A DNA stretch of 60,633 bases, the filler included, from Perkinsus olseni (Eukaryota), in NCBI GenBank assembly GCA_013115125.1. It is 2 parts of 2 records of this genome, joined end to end, with 100 filler letters (N's around TTAATTAATTAA, not from the genome) between each part and the next. Parts side by side here need not be neighbours in the genome. Positions count along the whole stretch, not along the records: positions 30,381 to 60,633 come from JABANN010000424.1; 1 more part is not named here. One strand, 5' to 3'. Shown here piece after piece: positions 32,036-45,880 of the stretch (within the stretch, counting starts at the first letter, position 1; every line of letters starts with the position of its first letter). The notes below the pieces were generated by a model that did no database searches, was not told where the DNA came from, and saw only the letters and a list, made by a program, of their open reading frames with translations. The position numbers and the translations under genes are program-made.

Positions 32036-35000
32036 ATGCCTGTCATTCGGACGTCCAACTTGCTGGAAGCGATGGATACTACTCCCATTCAAGACATACG
32101 CAACATCTGCATCATAGCGCATGTCGATCATGGTAATGGGCGGAGAGGGGATTTTCGCAGCTACTCTATTTGTCCATCGAGCAGCTTCCTACTATGAGTA
32201 CTCTGTAGTTCAAGACATTCCCGCGTGTTACTCATACCACACCATCCGCATCTTTGCGCGTCGATACTCTCTGTCAAAATAGTCAGTATAATTCGATCGT
32301 GGTATGCCTCATCTGGATTCTGGTACCGCCGTGAAAAATACACGATAGGAGCGGGCGTGAATGGATAGCAGCGAGAGCAGTCGGGATGAGCTTCCGGGAT
32401 GCCGAACCATCTCTCACCTCGAACTGATTCGACGACGGAACTTCTAGACTCGGGTTGAGTTGGACTCTGCTGCACTCTTATCTTGGTCGTCTATCAGGTA
32501 AGACTACATTATCTGACTATCTCTTGGCCAGTAACAGGATAATATCACCGAAACAGGTCGAGGAGGGGACCAGGACTGGCGAGGCGGTACTGTCTTAAAG
32601 GGAACGGGGTTTAGAATCGCCAGCAGCTCGAGGGACGTCGTGAAGGTTGTTGTCAGGTACGGTACTTGGATAATCGTGAGGATGAGGCACGACGTATGAT
32701 CACCATTGCCAGCAGCTGTGTGACGCTGTTGGACGATGAAGGGCATCTGTTCAATCTTGTAGTAAAGGGAATCGAGCCTGCACAGCATAGCACACGTCAC
32801 GACTCATACCAATGATGATAAACGACTCTTTCTCGAAGTTTTATTTTCACTAAGGTGGAGTCAGTTCCGTGGGAGTTATGAGATAAGTTGAGCAGTATGA
32901 AGTATGGCGACGTTGATCTATCTCCGGGGGGGCCCGTATACCAGAACTCACTAGCAATGCATAGCTCAGGGCTTGCTTGGGGGGCGAAGTGAGCATATAG
33001 GATTATACTCAGAGTGGAGTAAGAGTATCGGGATATTGTGTTCTCTCGGATAGAGTGCTTCGCTAGGCCACGGATATACGCTTAGTACACATTTGCCCTC
33101 GGCTAACAGTTTTGCGGTAACGCATTTGTGGGACCCCTCTTTTTTGGAAAATTAGGGCGTGGGGGGGATAAATCTTGGAGAGGGTGGCCTCTGTTATCTA
33201 CTTGCGCGATGGTAGTCGATCTGTGCTCACGACTGGGAGGAGGTTACGGCTGGTCATCATCATCATTGTGTTGTATCACTAGTCCGAGCTCACGTTATCC
33301 TAGTTGTAGATACCTCTCATGGCGTCTATGGATTTTAATCGGTTCTAACTTCGTTACTTCCCATCACCCGGCGTCTCAGGTTGACTCTCCGGGGCATTTG
33401 GATTTCAGTGCGGAAGTATCGTCAGCGTCGAGGCTCACTGATGGCTGTCTGCTGCTCGTTGACTGTGTGGAAGGGGTAGTATTTGGAACTTACAATACCA
33501 CTCCTTGCGTAACTATCCCATGATTCTAGGTACGGCCCCAGACCCGTCATGTGATGCGGCAAGCGTTTGAAGACAGAGTTCAGCCCTTGCTAGTCCTTAA
33601 CAAGTTGGACCGGCTAGCAGCTCTCTACCCGGATCCAGAAGATGCTTTCCAGGTAGATCTTCGGGTTGAGAATATAGGAATTGCGAACCATTCAGAAATT
33701 GTTTGGAAATATACCGTATCTTTGCTGAAAGAAGTATGCATGATACTCTCGGGGGGGAAGACCTAACCGCATCGGAAAACCGATCGGAGCTGCGGGGAAT
33801 TCGAGCTGAGGATATACTTGCCTCGCTTACCTGCTTACGGTGGTGTTGAAAAAATCACTCACCATTGCGGCTTAGGCATGCCCTCGTTTTATTCCATCTT
33901 GAGATGAACACATTCATCCCCTCGTCTCTCTTGAGAGGCATTTGGTGACAGTCTCAGAGGGGAGATTGAACCGAATCGGAAAACCAACCAGAGCTGGGTG
34001 AAATTCGAACTTGGGAGATACTTGCCTTGCCTTCATCCCTATAGAGTAGAAAGAATGGATTGCTGGCCTCGTTTCATCTCCCTCGTCCTGATCAGCGTAT
34101 CCGCAGTATAATAGAAGACGTGAATATGCACTTCCTCAATCTGGTGGAGTCGGATAAGGAGGCTAAAGGACTGGATGAAATAGATGCACAGTATGAAGCT
34201 ATGTACGGCAGTTTCGATCCAACTAATAATAATGTGATATCAGAGGTCTCGGGTTCGATCCGCGGCGAGGACACTTTTCTGCAGGTTTTGTTTGCATCAG
34301 CTTTACACGGTTGGGCATTTGATCTTCGAACTTGGGCTGATAAATTGCTACTTCCGAAACTGAAGAGCTCTAAAATGATCTCCCCGGAGAGCACCGCGGA
34401 CGATGTTGTGAAGTTCCTCTGGGGAGACTATTGTCTGAAGAAGAAAGGATTCGAGGCAATCGAGGGTGGAGTGACGGGGACTAGAACCTTCGTCAAGTTG
34501 GTATTGGAAAATATATGGAAGTTGTACGAGCAGGATGTTAGCACAGGTGCGAGAATTGAACTCAGGGTCTCTGGGATGAATGCGGGGGAATCTAACGTGT
34601 TGGACTATCATTATGTTGTTAGGTCGCGAGAAGTTGTCTAGCCAGTTCTCTTTGAGTCAACAGATCTTCAGATCATGTATTGATAAATTGCCGAACCCAG
34701 TAGAATCAGCAGAGAGGAGGATGGAGACCCTGGCACCGGGCCTCTGGGCTGAGGGTAATACACCATCTACCGTGCCAGCAGACCCATCTGATCGTCGGAA
34801 TCTTGAGTCGTACGAAATTGTACTACACATTATCCACACACTTGAAGAAAAATAGAATGGAGGTATCTTATCATGAACCAAAGCCTTCGCTAGCATGAGA
34901 ACACAAAGGCGCGGAGGCGTGCAGAGCTTGCTGTGGTATATCGAGGGCATCTTCGCAGGGAAGTGAAGCCAACCTGGTCTGTGTATACCGTGCATTCAGG

Positions 35001-38000
35001 TGGAGGTGGACTGTCCGCAGAGGAGGTTAAACTTTATCAAGATTCTCTAACCACAAGTCCCCGAGGAGAAGAAGCGTCGACAGTCGCCTTCGTATCGAAG
35101 TTCCAGGCAGCTGATTTAAACTTGGGCTGTCTTATTGGGGATAAAGTGGGCATTCACATCTCATGAAAAAATGTGATTCCTGAAACGCTTCGCTCCGCTA
35201 GGTGGATGCTTTCCGAGAGCTCAATGGTTTTGTGGCGATGACACGAGTATTTTCTGGTGAAGTACAACTGGGCCAACAGCTGTATGTTCTGAGGGACGCA
35301 ACGGGTGAAGGACAGAAGCAGGCAGAGGAGGATGAGTCAGGTGAGAGTAGCGCGCGCCCTGCCGATCGATTTGTAGTGATTCCGTGGTAGATGTTGCCGA
35401 GGGCGTAACCGTGACTGTGAATGGTATATATGCGGTGCTGGCCAGCTCGTTGGTGCCAACTAAGCTGGCGAAGGCAGGATGCATAGTGGGGTTGGTACTG
35501 CAGGGCTCAGATGAGGGTAATACAGAAGGGAAGGGTATCTTTGCGCACAGCGAAGATTTTTGTTGTTGTCATCATCAGTTGTTGACCCCAGCAGTCCAGA
35601 CGCCTTTGAGGCCGCCAATCGATCGGCGTGTAGTGGCGTGACACTGTCGAGCTCGGGGGATATGCCGCCGTTTGTTAGCCCCTTCGAGGGACAGCAGAGC
35701 ATTGTAATAATGGGTCGATGGAATGGGTCAAAGCCAATAGAAGTGGTGGAAGGACGATAGAATTGAATCTTCTATTTCTGGTGATTGCGATCCACGATGA
35801 CCAGCAAAGGGTGGTCCGTGTAAGGCAAGAGACAGTCCAACGGTCTGAGGCTCAGACTCTGAGCTCACCAGCTTGGGATGGATATTTCGTGTAGTCATCT
35901 GACTTGTGCGAGAACTGAGGCGGTACAACTCAGAGTGATTCCTTCCGGTTAAACGCTGGGATGGGGATTATGGAGATATGCTTCACGGATTGGTCGCTGG
36001 TGCTCAGGTTCGGGTATCAGTATCACCGGTGCGGTTGGAAGATACAGATACGTTAACCCTAGGCTTGATACGCTTGAAGCAGGCTGATCCAGCAGCTAAT
36101 GTAGCGAGGAACCCCGACACAGGAGAACTGCTCATCGGATGCTGTGGGGATGAGCACTTGCATCGTTGTGTGAGTGGGTTGGCTTGGTGGAGGTCCCGAG
36201 TTCGATTCTCTAGCGGTCATTTTCTGAATTTTTTTGTCTCCGTTATGGAGGTTCGATTCAGTTTTTTTCTGAAATTTTCTGCTCGAGTTAACTGGGCTAC
36301 GCATCTAGAAATTGTATTTTCAGATTCAAGACCTTCGTCAATTGTATGCCATCGGTGCGGACTGCCGCGTATCGGAGCCGATGGTGGAGTTGAGGGAGAC
36401 AGTGGCGATCGACCCGCCGATAGATTGGCGTGACTTTACTGCGGACAGTAGAGGAGATATACTGGGAGGCCGAGCAGGCATTAGTTGGTTGAGCGAGTAA
36501 GGTTCACTCTGGTATTTCGTACAACCGAAAGATACGCTAGACGCTGCGATACGCTACTCGTTGCGGGATGATGGGATTGAACCTGCGTGGTTTTCAGGTA
36601 CTCCAATGTGTTGAAGTCTGATGGCAAGGGAGAGACATCCTTCCCTCTATCCGATGGCGTAGCATGTACGGTAGCGGCTACTGCTGCTGCAATGCCGGAA
36701 GACCTACTCAAGTGGCTGGATGACCACTCCCAACAGGTCCGCGGGGAGGGGGCCAGACTAGCCATCCTGCAGTGCATGCAAGTATCGGGTAGTGATGAAT
36801 GTTGATGGAGTGACGTCTTGTTTGTTAGAGTGAGCGCTGACTACTGGATTCAGCCAATGGCGATACAGCACGTTGGAAGAACTTGGACTCTGAGGACAAC
36901 TTCATCAGATCCATTGAAACATGCCAAATCAGGTCCAAGCTTTCTTTGCCCTCGGGAGGGCGGCCGATCTCGACAGGCTCGAAGCATCGGTAAGACTGCT
37001 CATGCCTGCAAGTGATAAGCGCCAAAGGACAATCCTTGCGGGAATTAATGTAATATATATCAGATGCAGGGTGGTGGGATCGAACCTGGGTCTCGATTGT
37101 GAGGTCCACAAGGCGGCATGCAATGGCCTCTTGATACGAGTTGGGGATACTTCCCCAGTGTTGGTCGATAATAATGTCGGCACCCTGCAGTCGTGCTACT
37201 GTGGCGGGTTCAGCCGTAGGAGGTCCAGCAGAGTTGCAGAGGAGGACCGTCATCATCAGCACGACACCAGCATCGATTCTGGTGGGAATTGGGACGAGGT
37301 TTCGGGGAGGGCGTTCCACTCGGCGCTGTGACCGGGGCGATTAGCCAGCCCGATTGCTAGGACTAGATGGGATGGGAAGTCGGTCGTGTTGGAAATCTCC
37401 CGATTGGATAAGTTCGGTCGTGTGGCGTATGAGAGCGGCTCGGTTCATCACCCTGGTCATGCTGTTGTAGGTTCCCTATCAGCAGCCATTAGATTTGCCT
37501 TCGAGAAGGTGTGCATGGCGGGGCCACTCTGTCGAGAGCCGGTGAGAGGAGTGGTATGGCAACTCAGCATCCGACTGAAGGATGCCAACGGCGAAGGTAG
37601 GAGGGTCGTGTCCACAGCTCGTGGGAATCTTCTCTGTGCGTGTCAGATGTATCATCGTTGTCCTACTTGGATACCCACACGTGGACACTGAGCTCGGCCA
37701 TTGTAGAGGCCTGTCGAGGTGCGCCTCCCTTCTAGTACTGCGACTCATTCTCCACCCTCCTCAGGCGCCTTGCTTTCTCCGGGTTTGATACGCGTTAGCG
37801 AGCCAATGCTCGAGGTCGAGCTGCAGTGCGAGCACGTGAAGGCTGTGACGGCTCTACTCGAACACAGGAGAGCTGATATAGTAATCGAGGAGGCTCCTAG
37901 GAGAGGGAGTGCTAGGCTGCTTGCTCACTCTTGTTTTCTTCAGACATATTCGGATCTCGCAGAGGGTTCGTATACTGAGCATCAGATCATTGCTTACATG

Positions 38001-38494
38001 CCCGCAGCCGAAGCGTTTGGGTTCTCTTCTATCAGTAGGTGATGTGGCGCCCGGTGTTTTTGGGAGTTCCTTCATGCCAGGCCATAAGTCGTTCGCTGAT
38101 GAGCTTCGAGGAGCGGCGAAAGGGAAAGTGCTGTGGAGGCTCTCGTTCAGCCACTGGAGAGTCCTCAGAGGAGGCAAGGTGAGGTTTTTTCCGTCGATGC
38201 ACTCTGGGGCTTAGCTCAAGCTTCATTTTAGATTGACGACTATGACCAATGCCCTCTGTATGAGCTGTGCATGACTCGAGAACGGCTCGAAGACTACGGC
38301 TCCAATGTTGACTCGACTGCTGCTTTGGACATTGGTAGGAGTGCCAGATGTGTTATTCGGGCTACCCATGCGTACATTCAGGAAACACTGCCCGCCGGTT
38401 GGTGATACAAATAAGGAGAAGTAAAGGATTGCCTTGTGGTGAGAAGCTTGTCGTTGATGCTGAAAAGCAACGTAACCTTACCAAAATGAAGTGA
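32036..38494 (+). CDS. EFL1: Elongation factor-like GTPase 1 (EFL1/Ria1; 60S maturation), many exons
   Basis: [98 protein letters not shown]-terminal [26 protein letters not shown] (EFL1-type tail). Confidence 0.9.
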
Positions 38495-38618
38495 TTGTCT
38501 CCGCACGATGAGGTTGTGTTAAGAGAGTTGAAGAGCTACGGACACTTCTGAACACGTTCGATGGGTTAAAATTTGAGCACAACACTGTACGTACAACGAA
38601 TCAGTTGAGACTGTAAGT

Positions 38619-38690
38619 AGCCGGATGGCGGGATTGAACCGCCGACCTTCAGTTTACAAGACTGACGCTCTACCACTAAGCTAAACCGGC
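38619..38690 (-). tRNA. tRNA-Thr(TGT)
   Basis: Reverse complement GCCGGTTTAGCTTAGTGGTAGAGCGTCAGTCTTGTAAACTGAAGGTCGGCGGTTCAATCCCGCCATCCGGCT; anticodon arm TCAGT-CTTGTAA-ACTGA. Confidence 0.95.
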
Positions 38691-39615
38691 TTGGTGAAAG
38701 TTGGTCGAAAAACCGGGAGGCTGACTTTTATTTGATACACCGTGATGTTCACCACCGGGAGCATCGCTGTCTTCAAGTCCAGCTGTGTCACAACGAATGC
38801 AATCCTAAAGGTGATACTAACGTGTGCATACACGTGAAGCGTGGTGATGCTCAATCGGGTATCGCGCTGCAATTCTTTGGCTACTTGACCTGAGGTCGGC
38901 GAAAGCAACGAGACCTCTCTCCTTTGAGAAAGCTTGCGAGTATTGTAGGTGGCTCCAGGAGTAGAAATATCTGTGAAGCCAGGGTGGTCGCGTGCAGAAG
39001 CATCAAAGGGGGCGCATAATGCTGAGGTACCCGCTGTCTGTTATACGATGAACTCCGTCGTCCGTGATGATTCTTTAGAAACAGCGTCGCAGCCTTTCAC
39101 GAGGTGGGACCCCGCGACCTCCCGACTGTTGTGGTAGAGTGTAGTTCATATCAATCACCCAACCGTGTATGAGATCACCGTTGTGCTAACAAGTTATCCC
39201 GGAATAAACAAGTATTCGACGCGCGATCCTGTCGAATGAATGTGTCTTTCAAGAACGCGACTACTACCAGCCGACCTCTGAAATCTCCACCTCTAACGAG
39301 TTACCGCCTTCTACAATGAGCGCAGACGGACGACGCATCTGTGAACTTCGATGAGAAGTGCCTTCCTACTGCGCGCGGTAATGAAAATGAAGGCTTTTTC
39401 GAACTGTACCAAACGGTCTGTTAGAGACCGAGTGACATAACCTGGGTTCCAGGCAAATAGAAAAGCGTACGAAGTATGATGAAGATGAGAGAAAATGAAT
39501 CAGCCATGATCAACCACTCTCCTACCAGCTCATCCTCCGAAGAATAATGGCCTCACAACGGCTGGAGGACAAAGGTCGATTGACAGAGCAGAGAGTAATG
39601 ATGGGTCTCTTCCTC

Positions 39616-40428
39616 CTACTTGGACAGCACCATGGGCGACTGTGAGCCCAACTCGGAGTATAAAAGCATGACATCCCGAGATTCGTCGTAGAAAACATCT
39701 ACCCTAGCCTTGAAGTACGACCATGCGTTGTACAGCCAGGGGCTTACGAAGCTCATAGGCTGTAAGCCTCGAGCACCTTTGGGGCCCAAGCTGGCTTGGG
39801 TGGTACCAGTGTAAAAGTGGCTGTGCTCGGTGTAGTAACCACCGAGCTCAAGCTGACCAGGATTCCCTTCGAGGAAGTTCGCAAAGACTCGGGCATATTC
39901 CCCTCGTGACATATCTAGGTGTTGATAATGACCAACTGCTGGCTTCAGAGCTCTCCTGTAAGGAGATGGTGTAAAATGACTGCAGTCGGTCCCGTCGGGA
40001 AGTCTATTACAGGTCTCACTCGTGAGCTTGATGCGGAAGCCGTCCCAAGGGAGTACATAGACTGCTTCAGGTTCATTGGGCCACTGCGGCACTGGAGGCC
40101 GCACCTTGAGGTCGAATCGAGTCTCGACGAAGGGATACTCCGCAGGGCTGGGCACGCTACCATCTCTTTTTAGAATAATCCGACCATCTTTGGTAACTTC
40201 CACACCGTTGTAATGTAGGTCGATATTAAGGTGGGCCGCAGAATTGTAGCCGAGTGAAGCATTAGTCGGAGAAGAGTAGTCAAACACAAAACAGGCATGA
40301 GTCCTCTCCCATTTGTTTGGGTAGGGGATCTGCCGGAAACCGCAGTACTTGCCCGGGGTGAGGCCCTCACGAGCGTTCGCGATGAAAGTGGATGCGGCAA
40401 GGACTACTGCAACGATTCCGGTAAACAT
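39616..40428 (-). CDS. Intronless secreted hypothetical protein (270 aa)
   Basis: Signal-peptide-like start MFTGIVAVVLAASTFIANA, then PGKYCG; long uninterrupted ORF, possibly two repeated domains (PGKY/VGHY starts). Confidence 0.75.
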   Translation of the reverse strand: MFTGIVAVVLAASTFIANAREGLTPGKYCGFRQIPYPNKWERTHACFVFDYSSPTNASLGYNSAAHLNIDLHYNGVEVTKDGRIILKRDGSVPSPAEYPFVETRFDLKVRPPVPQWPNEPEAVYVLPWDGFRIKLTSETCNRLPDGTDCSHFTPSPYRRALKPAVGHYQHLDMSRGEYARVFANFLEGNPGQLELGGYYTEHSHFYTGTTQASLGPKGARGLQPMSFVSPWLYNAWSYFKARVDVFYDESRDVMLLYSELGSQSPMVLSK

Positions 40429-41809
40429 TTAGTAACGACGAGACACCACTGAAAGGGAGACTACTCGCGTGAATAACTACAGTCGGAGATCAGCGAGAGG
40501 CTGGAACAGCGATCGCTTAGCTTTAGCATGAAGATAGCTGCGAAATCGATCATCCACCACGCTCACCAGGAGACAGATGGTTGCCCCCTTTTACGGGGGT
40601 CGCCTGTGGTGTCCAGCCTTGCTCAATTCTGAGCCATTCCACGAACGACTATTCAATAGACCGGCAAAAGCAGATTCGCCACATCAGCGTGCCACCGTCG
40701 TGGTTATATCGTATCATGCTCCTCTTGAGGCTGACGTGACCTGGGATTCTAGCAGGAGGAAGGCGCGTGCGCGCTTATCTCAGCTTTCTAAGTGGAGCGT
40801 CCCGGCTGGATCCTTGATAGAAGATTCTTCGTGTACATGATGAGGCGGCTGTAAGATGTTCTGTATACAGAGCAAGGCCGGGAAGTACGAGGATCGATAT
40901 CGCAACCATGAGCACCTTCTTTTTGCAACCTAGCGTGTGTCTCCGGCCGCTCCGTTTGCATGCGTGCGGTGCACAGCTAGTTCCCTTGAAATAGAGCTGG
41001 GAGTATTAACGCTTTCATCTGCCATTCGTGTACCTGGTGACGATACCTGTGTAGTGGAGAGTGGTGCAAATACCGATCCGTGACGCACTAGCCCTCGTGG
41101 CTAGTTATCCCTTGCTGTACTGATATACTTTTACTCTGTCATAGCCTCTCCGTTATAGCGATGAGCGGCGGCTTCTGCACGTGCGTATCCGTTAGTTTTG
41201 TGAGCGTGCTGGCCCAATTTGCCCACCCTCTGCCACCCGGCAAGCTTTACTGGCTGTATCTCTGGACGTGCAATCCACAGATGTTAGCGAACAACAGTCC
41301 GTCGGCCCAAGATCGGGAGGGAGGGACCAGTCGAGCTGACGAATTTTGGCTGGGAAGTTGTGATTGGGTTCAAGTTCGCACTCCCTCTGCATGTATCAAT
41401 TTCTCAAGTTGAGAACCTCAACTCTTCTTCTCCATTGTGAAGACCTTATACCACAACTCGCGTAACTCTCGCAGCCGAAAGATTACACTAACTTCAATTC
41501 ACGCAAACAGGCATAATAGCGAACGAAAGAGTTTTTCCTCTGTTCATGGGCGGCTACTATATTTCGGCCGAGCTCTCGCAGCACAAGTGCCCATTATGCT
41601 ACGCGCATGGATCCCATGGGACTGACACGAGGCTAAGAGTTATTCTACACTCCATCACTGCAAGAATATCATAGGTTGATGCAAGACTGTCTCAGAAGCA
41701 ACGCTTTATTGGGTGTAACGGCTCGAGTGACTGCACAGATGATGGTTCGAACATCTCGCCTCCGTGACAGAGGTTGAGGAGACAAGACAGCACAGACCCG
41801 CTGAGCTAA

Positions 41810-42916
<1,107 letters not shown>

Positions 42917-43539
42917 ACTACTACTCACAAACAACACATTCATTTCTGTTGTTAGGAGGGATATAGTATCCCTTAAGTTATGGCTGATAGCCTCTCTTCC
43001 ATCTTCTGCTGTGTCGTATTGTCAATGGATCGTTACTGGGTGCAACAACAGCAACAACACTGTGGACAGCTCATTACCTCGTCCTCACAGGTGTGCCTTG
43101 ATCATCGGGGGCCCACCCGTCAACCTGCCATTATAACACACTTCGTTTGGTAACGATGGGATCGGGAATGTATTCGTAACCTTCTTGTCTTATGAATGAA
43201 AGCACTTTGTGAGCATCTCCATTGTGACAGACAAAACTCGTCCAAATCGCTCGTCCAGTAGAACTCACCACTTATTCAGGAGGGTCGTTGACTAGCAAAG
43301 GGACTTGTTTCACTAGAAGTCCGAGAACACTATCTCCAGCCACCCATTTAACATATTTCGGGATGGACGTTTCGTATGATGTGCAGGAAGGTGGGGCACA
43401 GCCCGTGTGACAGTCGAAGAAGAAGCTGTTTCGTAGCCCGGCCTAGCATCGTCATGCCGCAGCCTCAGTAAGAGGCCCTCCGTGATACTCAAAAGCAACA
43501 CGGCTTGGTAGAACGGCAGCAACTAACATCATGCTCAAC

Positions 43540-44097
43540 CTACCCCAAAGTGTATCGGCCGATGAAGATGCGACGGCGCTTTTTAGTCATAGGGAAAATA
43601 TAACGATAAAAATCGAAGGGTGCACCGCCTAAGATAATACGATTCCTGCAAGCGATGAAGTCCTCGGCGAGGCGCAGTTGGTCTTACGCGCGACGAGCTC
43701 AAAATGAGCACTTTTATACAGCCTCACAGCGGGCTCATTTGTTGACTCTACTTCGAGCCAGGCCGCAACTGGATGAGTCGATGTAGCCTTGATCTAGGGA
43801 AGAGCAGCAGCAGCAAGGTTCGCTGTGATAGCGCGATGATGAGCACACGCACGTAGGCAAGGAAACGTTTCAACATCTCCGTGGCGACTCCCTTCCCTTT
43901 CCATCGGTCATTAACTTTAACCCAGTATATGTTGATGTAATCACCATCTTCTGGGGAGTTTGGGGGACTGAACAACAGTGGCGACCAGGCGGTAGTCAGC
44001 ACAAGCCTACAATTTGAAATTCGTAAACGTTGGCATGTCTGTCTTCCGGTGTTTTATTATTCCTATAACTGCCCTGAGGGGGGACCACACGATGACC

Positions 44098-44141
<44 letters not shown>

Positions 44142-44354
44142 CGTCGATCGTCCATTGGCGACAACCTACTTCTCTGCCTTCGCTGTGGTATCAACGGCAA
44201 CAAAGGCAGTCATGTTCGAAGGGATTGGCTCCCGTTGCCAGTAATCACCACTCCTGGCTGGCCTGTACTGAAGGCCAGGGGGCGGAACTTTCCTCACGCT
44301 TGTGGCCTCGCAAACGGCTATGAGGAGGAGATGAGCCGACCATAGGAGTTGCAT
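43540..44354 (-). CDS. Signal-peptide-bearing GNAT-family acetyltransferase, paralog 1 (5 exons)
   Basis: Leader MQLLWSAHLLLIAVCEA; YINIYWVKVNDRWKGKGVATEMLKRFLAY (acetyl-CoA motif A); WLEVESTNEPAVRLYKSAHF (motif B). Confidence 0.8.
44098..44140. repeat. (GAT)n microsatellite in a GNAT intron
   Basis: About 14 GAT units. Confidence 0.95.
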
Positions 44355-44767
44355 GACTTCCGATTAGCAACTTGCGAGAAGGAAATTCCTTCTGTGGGAG
44401 TATTGTAGCAAACAAGCCGCTCGAAAATCCACTTCCGTTGATCGATTAGAAGAGACGGGTTTTGGTAACCTCGTTCCGTTTCGACCCTCAAATTTTTTCA
44501 CATCGGACTTCTTGGGAGCCTCATCCGTACAGCAGACGCAGCAGCGAAGAGGTCTTGCCTCTGTTCATGACCTAACACGCCAATCGCAGTTTTGTTCCAG
44601 TGTTTTTCTAATGCTTCCAGAACCCCCCCCCCCCTTCTGTTATTGGTGTTATCCCATTGCCCTATAAAACACAACAAATACGCAACTAGGGGCAATCAGC
44701 CACAACTTAGAGGGATACTATATCCCTCCTAACAACAGAAATGAATGTGTTGTTTGTGAGTAGTAGT

Positions 44768-45880
<1,113 letters not shown>

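Noticed and set aside
44099-44323. Poly-Met / poly-Asp ORFs
   Set aside because: Artefacts of the (GAT)n microsatellite.
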